DNA of 64,000 bases from Trypanosoma brucei (Eukaryota). A program made the translations under genes and the position numbers. The DNA lies in the NCBI GenBank assembly GCA_000002445.1, contig CH464491.1, positions 1,056,001-1,120,000 on the forward strand. The letters are read 5' to 3'. Positions 1-10,637 of this stretch are shown piece by piece. Under the pieces are notes generated by a model. That model was not told the DNA's origin and made no database searches. It worked only from the letters and a program-made list of their open reading frames with translations. The stretch's first letter is position 1. Each line of letters begins with the position of its first letter.

Positions 1-1
1 G

Positions 2-811
2 GACACGACGGCAGGTGGACTACTGGCCTCTGCTCAGTTCAACTTTCAGCGGTATAAAGTTTTGGTGATTAATGTGCACAAGGCACCGGGAAGCAGCCGT
101 GTTGGAATTGGCGCAAACCCCAGTAGCTTTGTCCCGCAAGATTATTACTCCGCCCAGGACATAAAGACCCTTGAGGCGCTACCCAAGGGTGGGTGCGTTG
201 ACTTCGACAAGATTCAAAACTTCTTTTACACTAAGGCGTTTAACACCGAGTCGAAAACCTTTAACGGCATATATGAGCCGCTGGAGTACGAGGATGCCAC
301 TGGGAAGTATAACATTGGCGTCGCGATGTCCATCGCTTCTGCCCGCCATCATGGGGAATGCGGTGCAGTCACCAAAAAACCGCGCGTCTGCGGGTTCTTC
401 GACTGCGTGTTGCACTTTGAGGTTAACGCGGTCCAGGGGCCGTACCTTTCCATCTCTGCAGTCGACCGTGGTGACGACTACGATAGGATTGGTATTACAA
501 TTGCATATGTTTACTACGATGTGGGAAATAAGATGGTGGACGCGAACGGCCGTGTGTACAAGAATGGAGATATCATCAAAGCCGGAGACCCGGTGCCTTG
601 CGAGATGGCGTTGTACCACTGCTATCCAATTGTGAAAGTTATCAACGGATGGAAAGGCGCTCCCATTGCGGCTTCGAAGCGTCGTCCTAACGAGCCACTG
701 CCGAAGGGCGTGTGTGAATTCATCGCAAATGTGGAATTCTTCACTGGCGCAAAAGTTATTTCCATTGGCAACGGCCCGAGGGGTTCAGACATTATATACC
801 TCAAGCAATAA
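2..811 (+). CDS. 3' end of a gene that continues upstream of the window (5'-truncated); conserved hypothetical protein, no family recognised
   Basis: Frame 2 is open from nt 2 with no upstream stop. The ORF-track entry 62..811 begins with a TTG, so the real CDS starts outside the window. Stop at 809-811. Protein is non-repetitive and Cys/Gly-containing. Confidence 0.5.
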   Translation, partial: DTTAGGLLASAQFNFQRYKVLVINVHKAPGSSRVGIGANPSSFVPQDYYSAQDIKTLEALPKGGCVDFDKIQNFFYTKAFNTESKTFNGIYEPLEYEDATGKYNIGVAMSIASARHHGECGAVTKKPRVCGFFDCVLHFEVNAVQGPYLSISAVDRGDDYDRIGITIAYVYYDVGNKMVDANGRVYKNGDIIKAGDPVPCEMALYHCYPIVKVINGWKGAPIAASKRRPNEPLPKGVCEFIANVEFFTGAKVISIGNGPRGSDIIYLKQ

Positions 812-3800
812 AGTGGAGGTGAATAATGTGATGCGGTGAATATGTTTGCATGTGTGTTTGCTGTAGCTTTATGGATTGTGTTGGGTGGCGGGGGGTGGGA
901 GCAATAAAGCAAAGAAGGAATGTAATTTATTTTAAGAGTGTAATGGTATTTTGTTAACGACGCAAAGCAAGGTGAGCAGCAACTGGGCTCAAGTGAAGGA
1001 AATGCATGAAAGGTCCATACGAGTTGCCAGCAATGACTGGACGTGCAAGAGGGGAGAAGGAGGGTAGTGGGATTGGTGTGAAGACAATGCAGTAAGGTGC
1101 ATTGTACTATGAAGAAGGATAAGGAATAGGGAACCACTTTTTCTTTCTTTCTTTTTTCTCTTTTTTTTTTCTGACTAATTTAGCCCATTCCTTATTTTGC
1201 TTTTATTATTATTATTATTATTTTGCGCCACCGCCTCTCCTCCCTGCACTCGTTTCGCACGTCCGCAATAGCGGCAACACCACCAAAAAGCAAGAAAAAT
1301 CTGAAAGAGGGGTTGAAGGAATGAAAAAAATTAAAGAAAAAAAAAGAGAAATGTGTGTTAACGGACCGTGAGGGCGGAGAATGACCGATAACCTTCCATT
1401 AATATTAATCTTTTATTATATCATTATTATACTGAAAATAAAAGGAAGGAAAAAAACAACAACAACAAAAAATGAAGGGGATTTCCCAATGGTTTTTGTA
1501 TATTCAACCCTTTGTCTTTGTCTTTTCTTTCCTTTTTGTTTTGTTTCATTCTCGTTAAATACGCACATGCAGAGAAAGAGGAAAGAGAGGAAGAAAGGAA
1601 AGCAAAAAAAAAAAAGATAATTTGGGGAGTTTGGGAATCCGAAGCGGGAAATTTATATTACGCCAAGCGGAAAGGAGAGGTTAAGATATTATGATAATAT
1701 TTTTATAATATAATTTGAGGGGGAAAAAAAAGAGAAGAGAGAGGGGAAGTAAACCATTTAACAAAAAAAAAAAGAATAAACAGTAAGTAAAGCATAAAAC
1801 GAAACAAAAACAAAGCCAAAGAAAAAGAAACAAAAAGTGAAAATAAATGTGGAGATGGGAGAAGGAGTGGGATCGAAATGAGTGTTTTGGCACTGGTGGG
1901 GACTGCGGGGTCAAGAGAGAAAAGAGAAACTAAAATATTTTGTGATAATTTATATGGATTGTGTTTAATTGCTCTGCCCCATTCCATCATTGCGCGTGTT
2001 TTTTTTTGTTTTTTTTTCTTCAGAAAGAAAGGAACAAAATGAATAGCTATAGGGGCAAAAGGGAAGGAGTGAGGAGGGAGAGAAAAATAAAGGTAAAGGT
2101 AAAGACAGAAGAAACGCTGCGCGTACTCGTGTTGTTGTAATTTGAGAGGGGTAACTGATGTGTAGGTTTTTATTCCATCGGCTCGCTGTGCAGTTGATGA
2201 ACGAATAAATCGGAAATAAAATACACACGCCCATTAAAAAAAAAAAAAAGGAAAAGAAAGAAAGAAAGAAAGGGATGAAAAAAAAAATAATTAAAACATT
2301 TACTGATGCAGCAGTTTTCTTCCCTTTTTGTTTCGTTTTTCGTCTTGTGGAGATTGTCTACGTTTGGTTGCTTTTATGGATATAGTGAGGAAGAAAGGCA
2401 AAAAGTTTTTCTTGTACTTTTTCGTCTTGTCTTTTGTTTTTAAAGGGGGGGAAAAAAATGGTCGAAGTAATATTAGGCTGGTGGGGGAGGGAAACTAATG
2501 GAAAACAAAAAGAAAAAAGAAAAAAAACAAGGAGGGAAGATGAGGAAAAGGGGATGAAATGGGAGGGACGCGACAGAAGGCAAATTATGTGAGTAATAAA
2601 AGCAATATTATTATTTATAATCGTAGGAACGATACTGATAGAAATAGTAATAATTGTTTTGGGGACCACGTGATGGTGCTGTTGGGTTAATATGGAGAAG
2701 AAGATAAGGGAAGACGAAGGAAAAAGAAAGGAAAGTGTGGTTGAATTTAAGGAAGTGAGAGAGGTGTTTTTTTTTTTTCAACCTCGTACCGATTCTTTTT
2801 TGTCCCTAATTTTTCTTTGCTTGTACATTTTGCCGGTAACGCCTTTTTTTTCTTTTTATTTTTCCTTTAACTGCTATTGTTACTATTGTTAATATTATTC
2901 GCTGAGTCTCCTTGGGGCGCCAGTATATATATATATATATATATACATATGTATCTTTCCAAATTTGTGTGTGAATGTGTGCATATGGCGCGGACTTTAT
3001 GTAGTCGAACCCATTCATTTATTTAGTGCCGTGGTGCATTTGGGTGTGAGGAGGGTTTCAAGGGAAGGCATTTTTTTTTTGCAAAATTTGGTTTTCTTTT
3101 TCTCTTTTTTTCTTTCTTTTGGCTGTTGTTTTCTCACTCTCCTTCTCTCCACATATATATTTTTTCCATTTCTGTTTTCATTTTTCTTTTCCTTTTTTTT
3201 TCCCTTTATGACCCTGGCACACGCGCACACAGGCATCATACGCTTACAGGATGGTTCCTTCTTTTACAATTGGTAGACGAATGTGTACTTTTTTTTTTAA
3301 AAAAATTATTGATTGACCGTTGATAATCATCATGTTTGCCTCATTTTTTCCCCTCCTCCATGTGTGTACTTCCCCCCTTTTTTTGTGGCAGTAAGAAATG
3401 AACCAGATAAAGAGAAACACAAACAGCAGAAGAAGACGGATGTTTGTTTGTGTTTGTGTGGATCATGCCACCTGTTTGCCGTAAGGTGAAGCGCACACTT
3501 CCTTCCGTGTTTCCACGTCTTTTCACATCGAATGGACAGTGACATGTTAGTAGTTGCCAGCTTCCTTTTCATCTAATTGTAGGGAAAGCCAATATATATT
3601 TATATGTTTATATAATTCGGTTGTGTGCGGGTACCCACTGGCTCTCTGTTTTGTTTCGTTTTTCTGTTTTTTTTGTGTTCTATGTTTCTTCCGGTTGCAT
3701 ACTCCCAATCCACCCTTCTCCACATATCTGTGTGCCGGGACCTGCGACCGCAGCCATTCGGCGCACTAGGAGGTTCAAATGTTTGCTGAATATTCTCATA

Positions 3801-4375
3801 TCTGTTAATTTACCAGCAGTGAACATTTTGTTTTTTTTTTTAAAAAAAAAAAGAGAGGAATAGTAATAATAAAATGAGAGAACAACAGGCGGCAAAAGTA
3901 ACCTGGTGACCCGTCCGTCTCCACCCTCTCCCTTTTTTCCCTTTTCCCTCCGTGGCTGAAGGCTTTTGGTGACTGATGAGGGCGGAGGTGGCTGGTAGCC
4001 GTTCCGCCTGCATTAACTCGGGAAGTAAAAAATAAAAAGTAAAAAAGGAAAGGAAAGTCAATGGACGGTACTCCGCATTCCACTCGCTGAGCGGAGCTGA
4101 ACTTCACTTTGCATCCTTCTTCTTTTCTTTTCTTTTTCTTTTTCTTTTTCTGCTTTCATACATTTTTCTCATTTTTGTAATTTCTGCTTCGCTGCGGTTG
4201 CGTTTTACCGATTATGCCTTCCGCCGTTCTTTGTGGCAGAGTGCAAAAGGTGCGAAGGCCATTGAAAACAGGGTTGGGGGTTCGTACCGTATAAATTAGA
4301 GTTTTCGTACTTGATAGATAAAATAAGGAAGCCAAAACTGTATTGTGGAAAGAAACTGGAGAGCGTGCTGAAACA

Positions 4376-4726
4376 ATGGCAGATAACCACGAAGAACCCC
4401 ATGAAGATGTGACTGTCAACAGCGATGTTATCCAGGAAGAGGTGGCAACGCTGCTCCGCATGAAGTTTGGGCAGGAGGTATGGAATCCACGCAAGGTGGA
4501 CAGTTGGGTCGACGATGTTGTCGACAGTGTTCTAAAGAACCTCACGGACTTGAAGAAACCCTTTAAATTTGTCGTCAGTTGTGTGATTATGCAGCGCACC
4601 GGGGCTGCCATTTCCACCGGCTTCATTAGTTTATGGGACAACACCTTTGATGGTGTTGTGCATGTGCCCTACGAGAACGAAACACTTCACTGCTTCGTGA
4701 CTGTCTTCTTCGTTAAACTGGATTAG
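4376..4726 (+). CDS. Tctex1-family dynein light chain (DYNLT-like)
   Basis: Translation MADNHEE...FVVSCVIMQRTGAAISTGFISLWDNTFDGVVHVPYENETLHCFVTVFFVKLD has the size (~116 aa) and C-terminal beta-strand pattern of Tctex1. First in-frame ATG is 4376; the ORF-track start 4343 is a TTG. Confidence 0.7.
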   Translation: MADNHEEPHEDVTVNSDVIQEEVATLLRMKFGQEVWNPRKVDSWVDDVVDSVLKNLTDLKKPFKFVVSCVIMQRTGAAISTGFISLWDNTFDGVVHVPYENETLHCFVTVFFVKLD

Positions 4727-5885
4727 TGGGTATCATATCCTCGGGCACTGCGTTTCGCCGCCCCCACCGGCATAAGCCACATGTAAAGATTTGAGAGGGA
4801 AGATAACAGCGATGAATACCAAAGGAAAGGAGAGTGGAGAGGAGGGGAGGGGAGGGGGAGCAACAAATGCCGCACCGTGCACATACGGGAAAAGTGATAT
4901 ATATATATATATTTATTTATTTATTTTATACGTACGTGTTTGTGTGTGTGCTTGTTGGTTTGCGATTGGTTATTTGTTTACGTGAAGTGTGGTGAAATAG
5001 GCAGGTTGCGTGCGTGCGTGTTTTCAAATAGACGAGTAGAGGATTGTGTGTGGAAAGCGATTGGGAAGGACGAAAAGGGCATCAGGGGGTTTGGATTGCT
5101 TATGTTCTACTGGACTCGAGAGGTTTCTTTCACCCCCACTCAATTTATCTACTTTCCTACCTTTTTCGGAATTTGGGCGCGTCTGCGCCGTCCACTTGGA
5201 AAGATGCTGCAGCATACACATCCATGGGAATGTTCGCATTGCATTCCCCCCTTTTCCCACCTGTGGTCTGTTCCCCTGCATACTGTCTTATACCCGTTCT
5301 ACCTTAGATTTCTTTCCCTTCGACCACACATTTGCGCAAGTGTAATCTTTACGTTCTCGCCCCACCCTTCTGTTTTTTTTTTTACTCTTCACTCGACTCT
5401 CCCGTGTGCTGAAGGTGCGTGAATTTATCTTTGTTCGAGCTGCACGGTATTGAAGTGGCGTACCCGCATGTATCTGTGTGTGAAGTTTTTGGCGTTTCTG
5501 CCACTTTATTCCCATCCGTCATCGTACTCTTTGCCCCAGCCCTGTCACAATTTTTCTTTACCACTATAACTCTCTCGGTTTTCTTCCTTTATAATGTTTT
5601 CTTCCCTTCTTATGCATACCATTTATCAGGCATTATCCGCACCTGTGTTCTCACCCAGCCGCTGTAATCCCACTGCTGGTAGGCGTGTGTGTGTGTGTGG
5701 GGCAGCAAGGGGGAGGAGACACACCACCGTGGGCGGTTACAGAATAAGTGGGAATAACAATACCGAGTACACAAAAGCTGGCGACGCGTTGTTTTGTTTT
5801 TTTTTTTTGCACCCACGCGCATTGGCACTCACGGCTTTTTTCTTTCAGCGTTGTCGCCTCCACTTTTGCAGTGCATATCTTTTCT

Positions 5886-7259
5886 ATGCTCGTATGTTGT
5901 CGAAGCAGCTTATCTCTCCTTGCGCGCGCGACCATGCCGTTGTGCTGTTCTCGGCGTTTTTTGACCCATCAGAACAACATTGATGATATCAGCGGCCTCG
6001 TAGACACTAACAGCAACTCTGTTAGTGACGGGCGGCTGCATTGCAGCACGGGGGAAGGTGGAAAGGCTTCGACGTGTGAGCGCGTATCGTTGCGGACCAT
6101 CGCCGAATCGCTGGGAGCAGCGGCAGCGGCGGAACTGCGAGCCGAGGTGGAACGTGACACGCGAGATGGCGTTGCGGCGATTCCACCGCTACCGCCACTT
6201 GGCTGGAGGGTTCGCCATCCTTCAGGGTCTAATTATTTCGTTATGACGCGCACTTTAAAGAACGGCGTCCAGTCTGCGGAGCTGAACAATAGGCGTTATC
6301 GTAGCGTTCACGATATTTTTTTGCAGTCTTTACAAAAAGGTGGGCACAAGTATGCGCAAAAGGGGAAAGGGAGCGAAGGTAGGCAGAAACATGCCAAAGA
6401 GGAGGAGGAACCACCCTCACAGGAAGACGGCAAGTCTTCACCGAAGGTTACTGTTGGGTACGACCGGGAGGGGCGCGGTCACCGCGCCACACTTCAACGA
6501 ATGGACGAGTTGCACGACTCCCCCAAGCTGAGTCGTGCTGATGTGCATCTGACGGTATTTGCACCTTTCCGCGTGTACGACCCGTCATTACATGACCCCA
6601 CAGTGGACATTTGCGAGTGGTCCTCTTTTGACTTAGTTGTGCAGAAAACGGTGCCTGACAACAGGGTTGCAAACAAGCTTCTTCAGCCACTCTCGTGTAC
6701 CCCACAGGACGGTGCTCTCAGCATGTACGTATGTCTCGCCAGTGTTAACAGTGAGATGCGCATTCGATCCATACAGCTTCTTTCCATGAAGGAAGCGCAG
6801 GCTCTTGTTGAGCACGCATGTTTCGGGAATGGTGAGCCGCTCTTCTTGGAACTCCTTCGGCGAAGGGGACGGCGTCGGCCGCTGGTGGAGAGACGCTTTG
6901 ATGATCCTCGACTGCGATATGAGGAAGTTGCGCAACCTCAACAAGTAGCTGATGAGGCCGCCGTGGCGTGTTCTTCTTCATGCTACGGACCTTATTATCC
7001 TGCATTTGAGATGCTGATGGACTCCTGTGGTAGTGCGGGTGAGTACAGTCGTGCTCTTTGCTACGGAGGTCCCTACGTGAGTGAATTGTCAAGGGAATTG
7101 TGTGACGCTTTATTGGATTACATCAAAGGCGACTTGGGTGTATCAGATCAACTGTGCGAGTATGTGTGTCAAATGCAATTCTTCCTAGAGCAGGAGGAGT
7201 ACATGACGTGGCTGGGACAAGTACAGCATGTGGCAAATGCTGTATCGCGAACTGCATAG
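5886..7259 (+). CDS. hypothetical protein (kinetoplastid-type, no recognisable domain)
   Basis: Long ORF, frame-consistent. The N-terminal part of the ORF-track entry (5748-5885) runs through a poly-T/polypyrimidine tract plus AG (tttcag at ~5842-5847) and is UTR. First ATG after that is 5886; alternative start 5934 (MPLCCSRR). Confidence 0.45.
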   Translation: MLVCCRSSLSLLARATMPLCCSRRFLTHQNNIDDISGLVDTNSNSVSDGRLHCSTGEGGKASTCERVSLRTIAESLGAAAAAELRAEVERDTRDGVAAIPPLPPLGWRVRHPSGSNYFVMTRTLKNGVQSAELNNRRYRSVHDIFLQSLQKGGHKYAQKGKGSEGRQKHAKEEEEPPSQEDGKSSPKVTVGYDREGRGHRATLQRMDELHDSPKLSRADVHLTVFAPFRVYDPSLHDPTVDICEWSSFDLVVQKTVPDNRVANKLLQPLSCTPQDGALSMYVCLASVNSEMRIRSIQLLSMKEAQALVEHACFGNGEPLFLELLRRRGRRRPLVERRFDDPRLRYEEVAQPQQVADEAAVACSSSCYGPYYPAFEMLMDSCGSAGEYSRALCYGGPYVSELSRELCDALLDYIKGDLGVSDQLCEYVCQMQFFLEQEEYMTWLGQVQHVANAVSRTA

Positions 7260-7851
7260 GGAAGAAATTATGCAGACGAATGTGTTGGCGGGTTTCTGGT
7301 AACGGATTGATTTGTTTCCTCATATGTCAGCCTAAACATATGTGCTTGCTCATCTGTGTGTGTGTCTTTGTGCCTGTATCAAGGGGTGAACGCAGTGTGG
7401 TGTTTATCGTAGTGCGTGCCTTAAATGCTCTGTTTCTGTGCTTGCTTTCTTCTGTGTATTTGCGTGTTTCATCATTTGTTCCCATGCTTTTTAACTCTCC
7501 TTTAAATAAAAAAAAATGTGCGAAAAGTTTTGCCCTGAAATATATTTTTTTCTGTGAAGAAGAGGGGATCAGGTTGGAATTAGTGTTTTATCGAGGTAAG
7601 GGGAGAAAACACTACGTGGTTGCGGAGACGTATCAGCGAGTGGATATTCGACGAGTTCAAGGGTAAAAGTTGAGTAATAGGAAGGAAAAGGGTGAAGCGC
7701 TTGTAACCTTGCGGAAAGGATACTGCGGGAACACATATACACACAAATATATATATATAGTCCGTCTGAACTAAAGTGTACGACCTTCCATTGTATTGGA
7801 GAGGGGTGAGGAAGGCTCACAAAGCAAACAAAATAATAATATATTTGAGAG

Positions 7852-8322
7852 ATGGCAAATGCTGTTAGCGAAAAGGAGTTAGAAGAGTTTCGAGAGATGT
7901 TTGATCTTGTGGACACCACCCGCAGCGGCCGCATTTCCTGCACTGAGCTTCGCAGGTTGATGGAGACACTTCGACTTCGACCCACGGAGGAGGAACTCGA
8001 GCATATGCTCCGTAGCGCCGACGGTAATGATCCAGACAATGGTATTGATTTTGATGGGTTCGTTGCTATGATGTCGAAGCGAGTACAGACGGATTATACC
8101 CCTGAACAGTTGCGTACGGCATTCAAATTGTTTGAAACAGATGACATGCCAACTGGTTTCGTCTCTACAGAAGTTTTGACGCATGCGCTTGTATCATATG
8201 GAACGGAGAAACTCACTCACGACGATGCCATTAGGCTTCTCTCCACTCTGGATCCAGACAGAACAGGTCGGATCAATTACCTTGAGTTTGTGTCACTGGT
8301 AGGGGGCGGCGGTGTTATGTAG
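7852..8322 (+). CDS. EF-hand calcium-binding protein, calmodulin/centrin-like (4 EF-hand loops, some degenerate)
   Basis: 156 aa. Loops DTTRSGRISCTE and DPDRTGRINYLE fit the 12-residue EF-hand consensus (G6, I8, E12). F-x-x-F-D helix signatures EEFREMFDL and LRTAFKLFE are present. Confidence 0.7.
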   Translation: MANAVSEKELEEFREMFDLVDTTRSGRISCTELRRLMETLRLRPTEEELEHMLRSADGNDPDNGIDFDGFVAMMSKRVQTDYTPEQLRTAFKLFETDDMPTGFVSTEVLTHALVSYGTEKLTHDDAIRLLSTLDPDRTGRINYLEFVSLVGGGGVM

Positions 8323-8963
8323 AGGGGGATGAGATAGGATGAGATGGAGTAAGTGCGTTTGTATTGTACAAGGGCGAAGTAATGGTCTTTTTTTCCCCCC
8401 CCCTTTGCTGCCACCGTCGTCGCTGGTGGGAGTGGCTGTATCCCATGTTGTGGTATCATCATCTCCTTTTAGATTCCGCCTCCCAGCGCTAGTGTGATAT
8501 TTTTATTTCGCCTTGAAAATGGCTCCGCCCGTCTCGCAACACCTCAGCGCAACTTTAGAGTACAAAGGAGAGAAAGAGTCGCACTACTTCTGTTTCTCCC
8601 CTTCCTCACTTCCATTCATATGTTTATGTGAGATTTTTACGGGCATCTGTGCACCTGCTTCGTAGTTCTTGCTTATACCTACTTTGACCGACATACACGT
8701 AGATGCTGTTCCCACTCGCTTTCCTTTTCCCCTCCAAGTGTGTTTTGGTGTTTATGTGTGCCAGTGCGGCTGCATGTTGCAACTCTGTCCTCTCTTTTAC
8801 TTGCTTTCCTTTCTTTCGACTGTCCCTTTCCTGCGTGCTCTTCAAAAGCAGGAGGGGGCCAGTGCTCACACAGCCGTGCAGGGAAGCCAGAGGTTTTTAG
8901 TACGTAATAAGGTGAAGGACGGATACAGGTAGACCAAAGGAGCAAGTTTGAATAGTCAACGCA

Positions 8964-10091
8964 ATGAAAACTTTAGCCAAGAAAACACTGCAAGGAGGTG
9001 TTTCAGGGAAATGCGGCTCACAGATCATCATAGCGCATGGCCTGTTGGGCAACAGCACCAACTGGATGTCGGTGGGACGTCGGCTTGCTGCACATGATGG
9101 GGTACGCGGAAGGCTTGAGGAAATCCACATGCTTGACATGCGGAATCACGGAGAAAGTCCCCACTTCAATGCACACACAAATGCAACGATGGCATCGGAC
9201 ATCGAGCACTTTGTACTTCAGCAACAACGGCAGTGGCAATCTCGAGCGGGGGCGGAAGGTGACGGGGGAATAGTGTTAATCGGGCACAGTATGGGCGGAT
9301 TTGCCGTAATGGGTTCGATGCTTCGCCGTGCTAATGAGACCTCGCTGCTGTTGCAGTCGGGTGTGGAGGAACTCGAGCAGCGCTGCAAACGCGGTGACTA
9401 CTACGGTTGGTGTGACGAACAAGGGAATGCAGCGGAGATGCGGGCTGTGAACCGTGCGATGGGTTTGCCGGAGACGCAACCGTTATACGACATATTGTAT
9501 GACTGCAAGGGAGACAACGTTGCTCGTCCCCCGCGTGTGAAGGCGGTCGTCATTGTGGACATTACACCATCCACTGCCTTGGGGACACATCGGCAGCATG
9601 GTCAAAACTCATCGGAGACGCTTGATGCCATGGTGGCTGCTGACTTGTCTCGGGTACATAGTTTTGGTGATGGGAATGCAGAACTTGAGCGAGTGGGTGT
9701 TTCGAATAAGGCAATGCGTGATTTCCTGCTGACAAACCTTCGCCTCGATCCAAGAACAAAGGAGGCAACGTGGCGGTGCAACCTGCCAGTCCTTCGCGCA
9801 GACTATAATTCTATTGCACTAGGGGTGTCTGGTTGGTTTCTCTCTGCAAGTGAGAAAGTCTCACGTGACCGAGGCGGTGAGTTGGTGGCTCCGTTGAGGT
9901 GTTCGCTGCCTACATTGTTCGTTTTTGGGCAAAATTCACCCTACAACACACCTGAGGACCGTCGCCTCATTCCTCGGTTTTTCTCAAATGCGATTGAAGT
10001 TGAGGTGGAGGGCGCTGGCCACTTTGTCCACTACGAAAAAATGCAAGAGTTTGTGAACGTCGTAGTGCCGTTTTTGACGGAGTATTTGTAA
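8964..10091 (+). CDS. alpha/beta-hydrolase fold protein, ABHD11-like
   Basis: N-terminal HGLLGNSTNW (ABHD11-type HGLFGS motif). Nucleophile elbow GHSMGG. C-terminal His in GAGHFVHYEKMQEF. Confidence 0.65.
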   Translation: MKTLAKKTLQGGVSGKCGSQIIIAHGLLGNSTNWMSVGRRLAAHDGVRGRLEEIHMLDMRNHGESPHFNAHTNATMASDIEHFVLQQQRQWQSRAGAEGDGGIVLIGHSMGGFAVMGSMLRRANETSLLLQSGVEELEQRCKRGDYYGWCDEQGNAAEMRAVNRAMGLPETQPLYDILYDCKGDNVARPPRVKAVVIVDITPSTALGTHRQHGQNSSETLDAMVAADLSRVHSFGDGNAELERVGVSNKAMRDFLLTNLRLDPRTKEATWRCNLPVLRADYNSIALGVSGWFLSASEKVSRDRGGELVAPLRCSLPTLFVFGQNSPYNTPEDRRLIPRFFSNAIEVEVEGAGHFVHYEKMQEFVNVVVPFLTEYL

Positions 10092-10637
10092 ACGGGGATC
10101 GGCTCGTATCAAAGCTCTTATTCGAGGGTTGTGGACATGTTTGGCTTTGCTCCCGATTTGCAGAAAGAGAGGATGGGTTCATTTCTCTCGCAACTTGACG
10201 TGACCGATGCCAAGAATATGAATGCGTGAGGAAAAAAAGAAAGGATAAGTGAGGGGCACCGGAGGGAAAAGATCCCTTCTAAAGAGCTGAATATTAAGAA
10301 AAAAAAAGCGGAGAAACGGAGTAAATAAAGTAACATGCAAATGGAAGCAAGGAGAGGATGCTAGGAGATTACATGGGAAGCGGATCTGTTCCCTTTTCCA
10401 CTCCTTTCCCGAACGCCTGCTCCTCCTAATTTCATCGTTTTGACACCTGTGTGTTCATCATTGAGGTGCCTTCCATACTTCACTATTCTCCCCTCGCCCC
10501 TTGGCGGTGCTGCCACTGAGCTGCCTATTCGCCTCCCAGCGCCGGCTGTAGTTAGCGAGCGCTATTAGCGTATTTTTAACCAGGGCGTATCGTAATCGAC
10601 AACCAATGTAATTGGGTTGAACCGAGTGTTAAACGGA

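Noticed and set aside
3768-3782. tRNA-like T-loop strings (ggttcaaat at ~3770; ggttcgagtc at ~18459)
   Set aside because: No acceptor/T-stem complementarity around them. The second lies inside the RING-protein CDS. No tRNA, 5S, SL RNA or snRNA could be supported anywhere in the window.
3974-4100. Possible C/D-box snoRNA (tgatga at 3974-3979, ctga at 4087-4090 / 4097-4100)
   Set aside because: Spacing (>110 nt) is long and I could find no terminal stem. The flanks ggtgac / acttcac are not complementary. A 6-7-mer motif is expected by chance several times in 64 kb.
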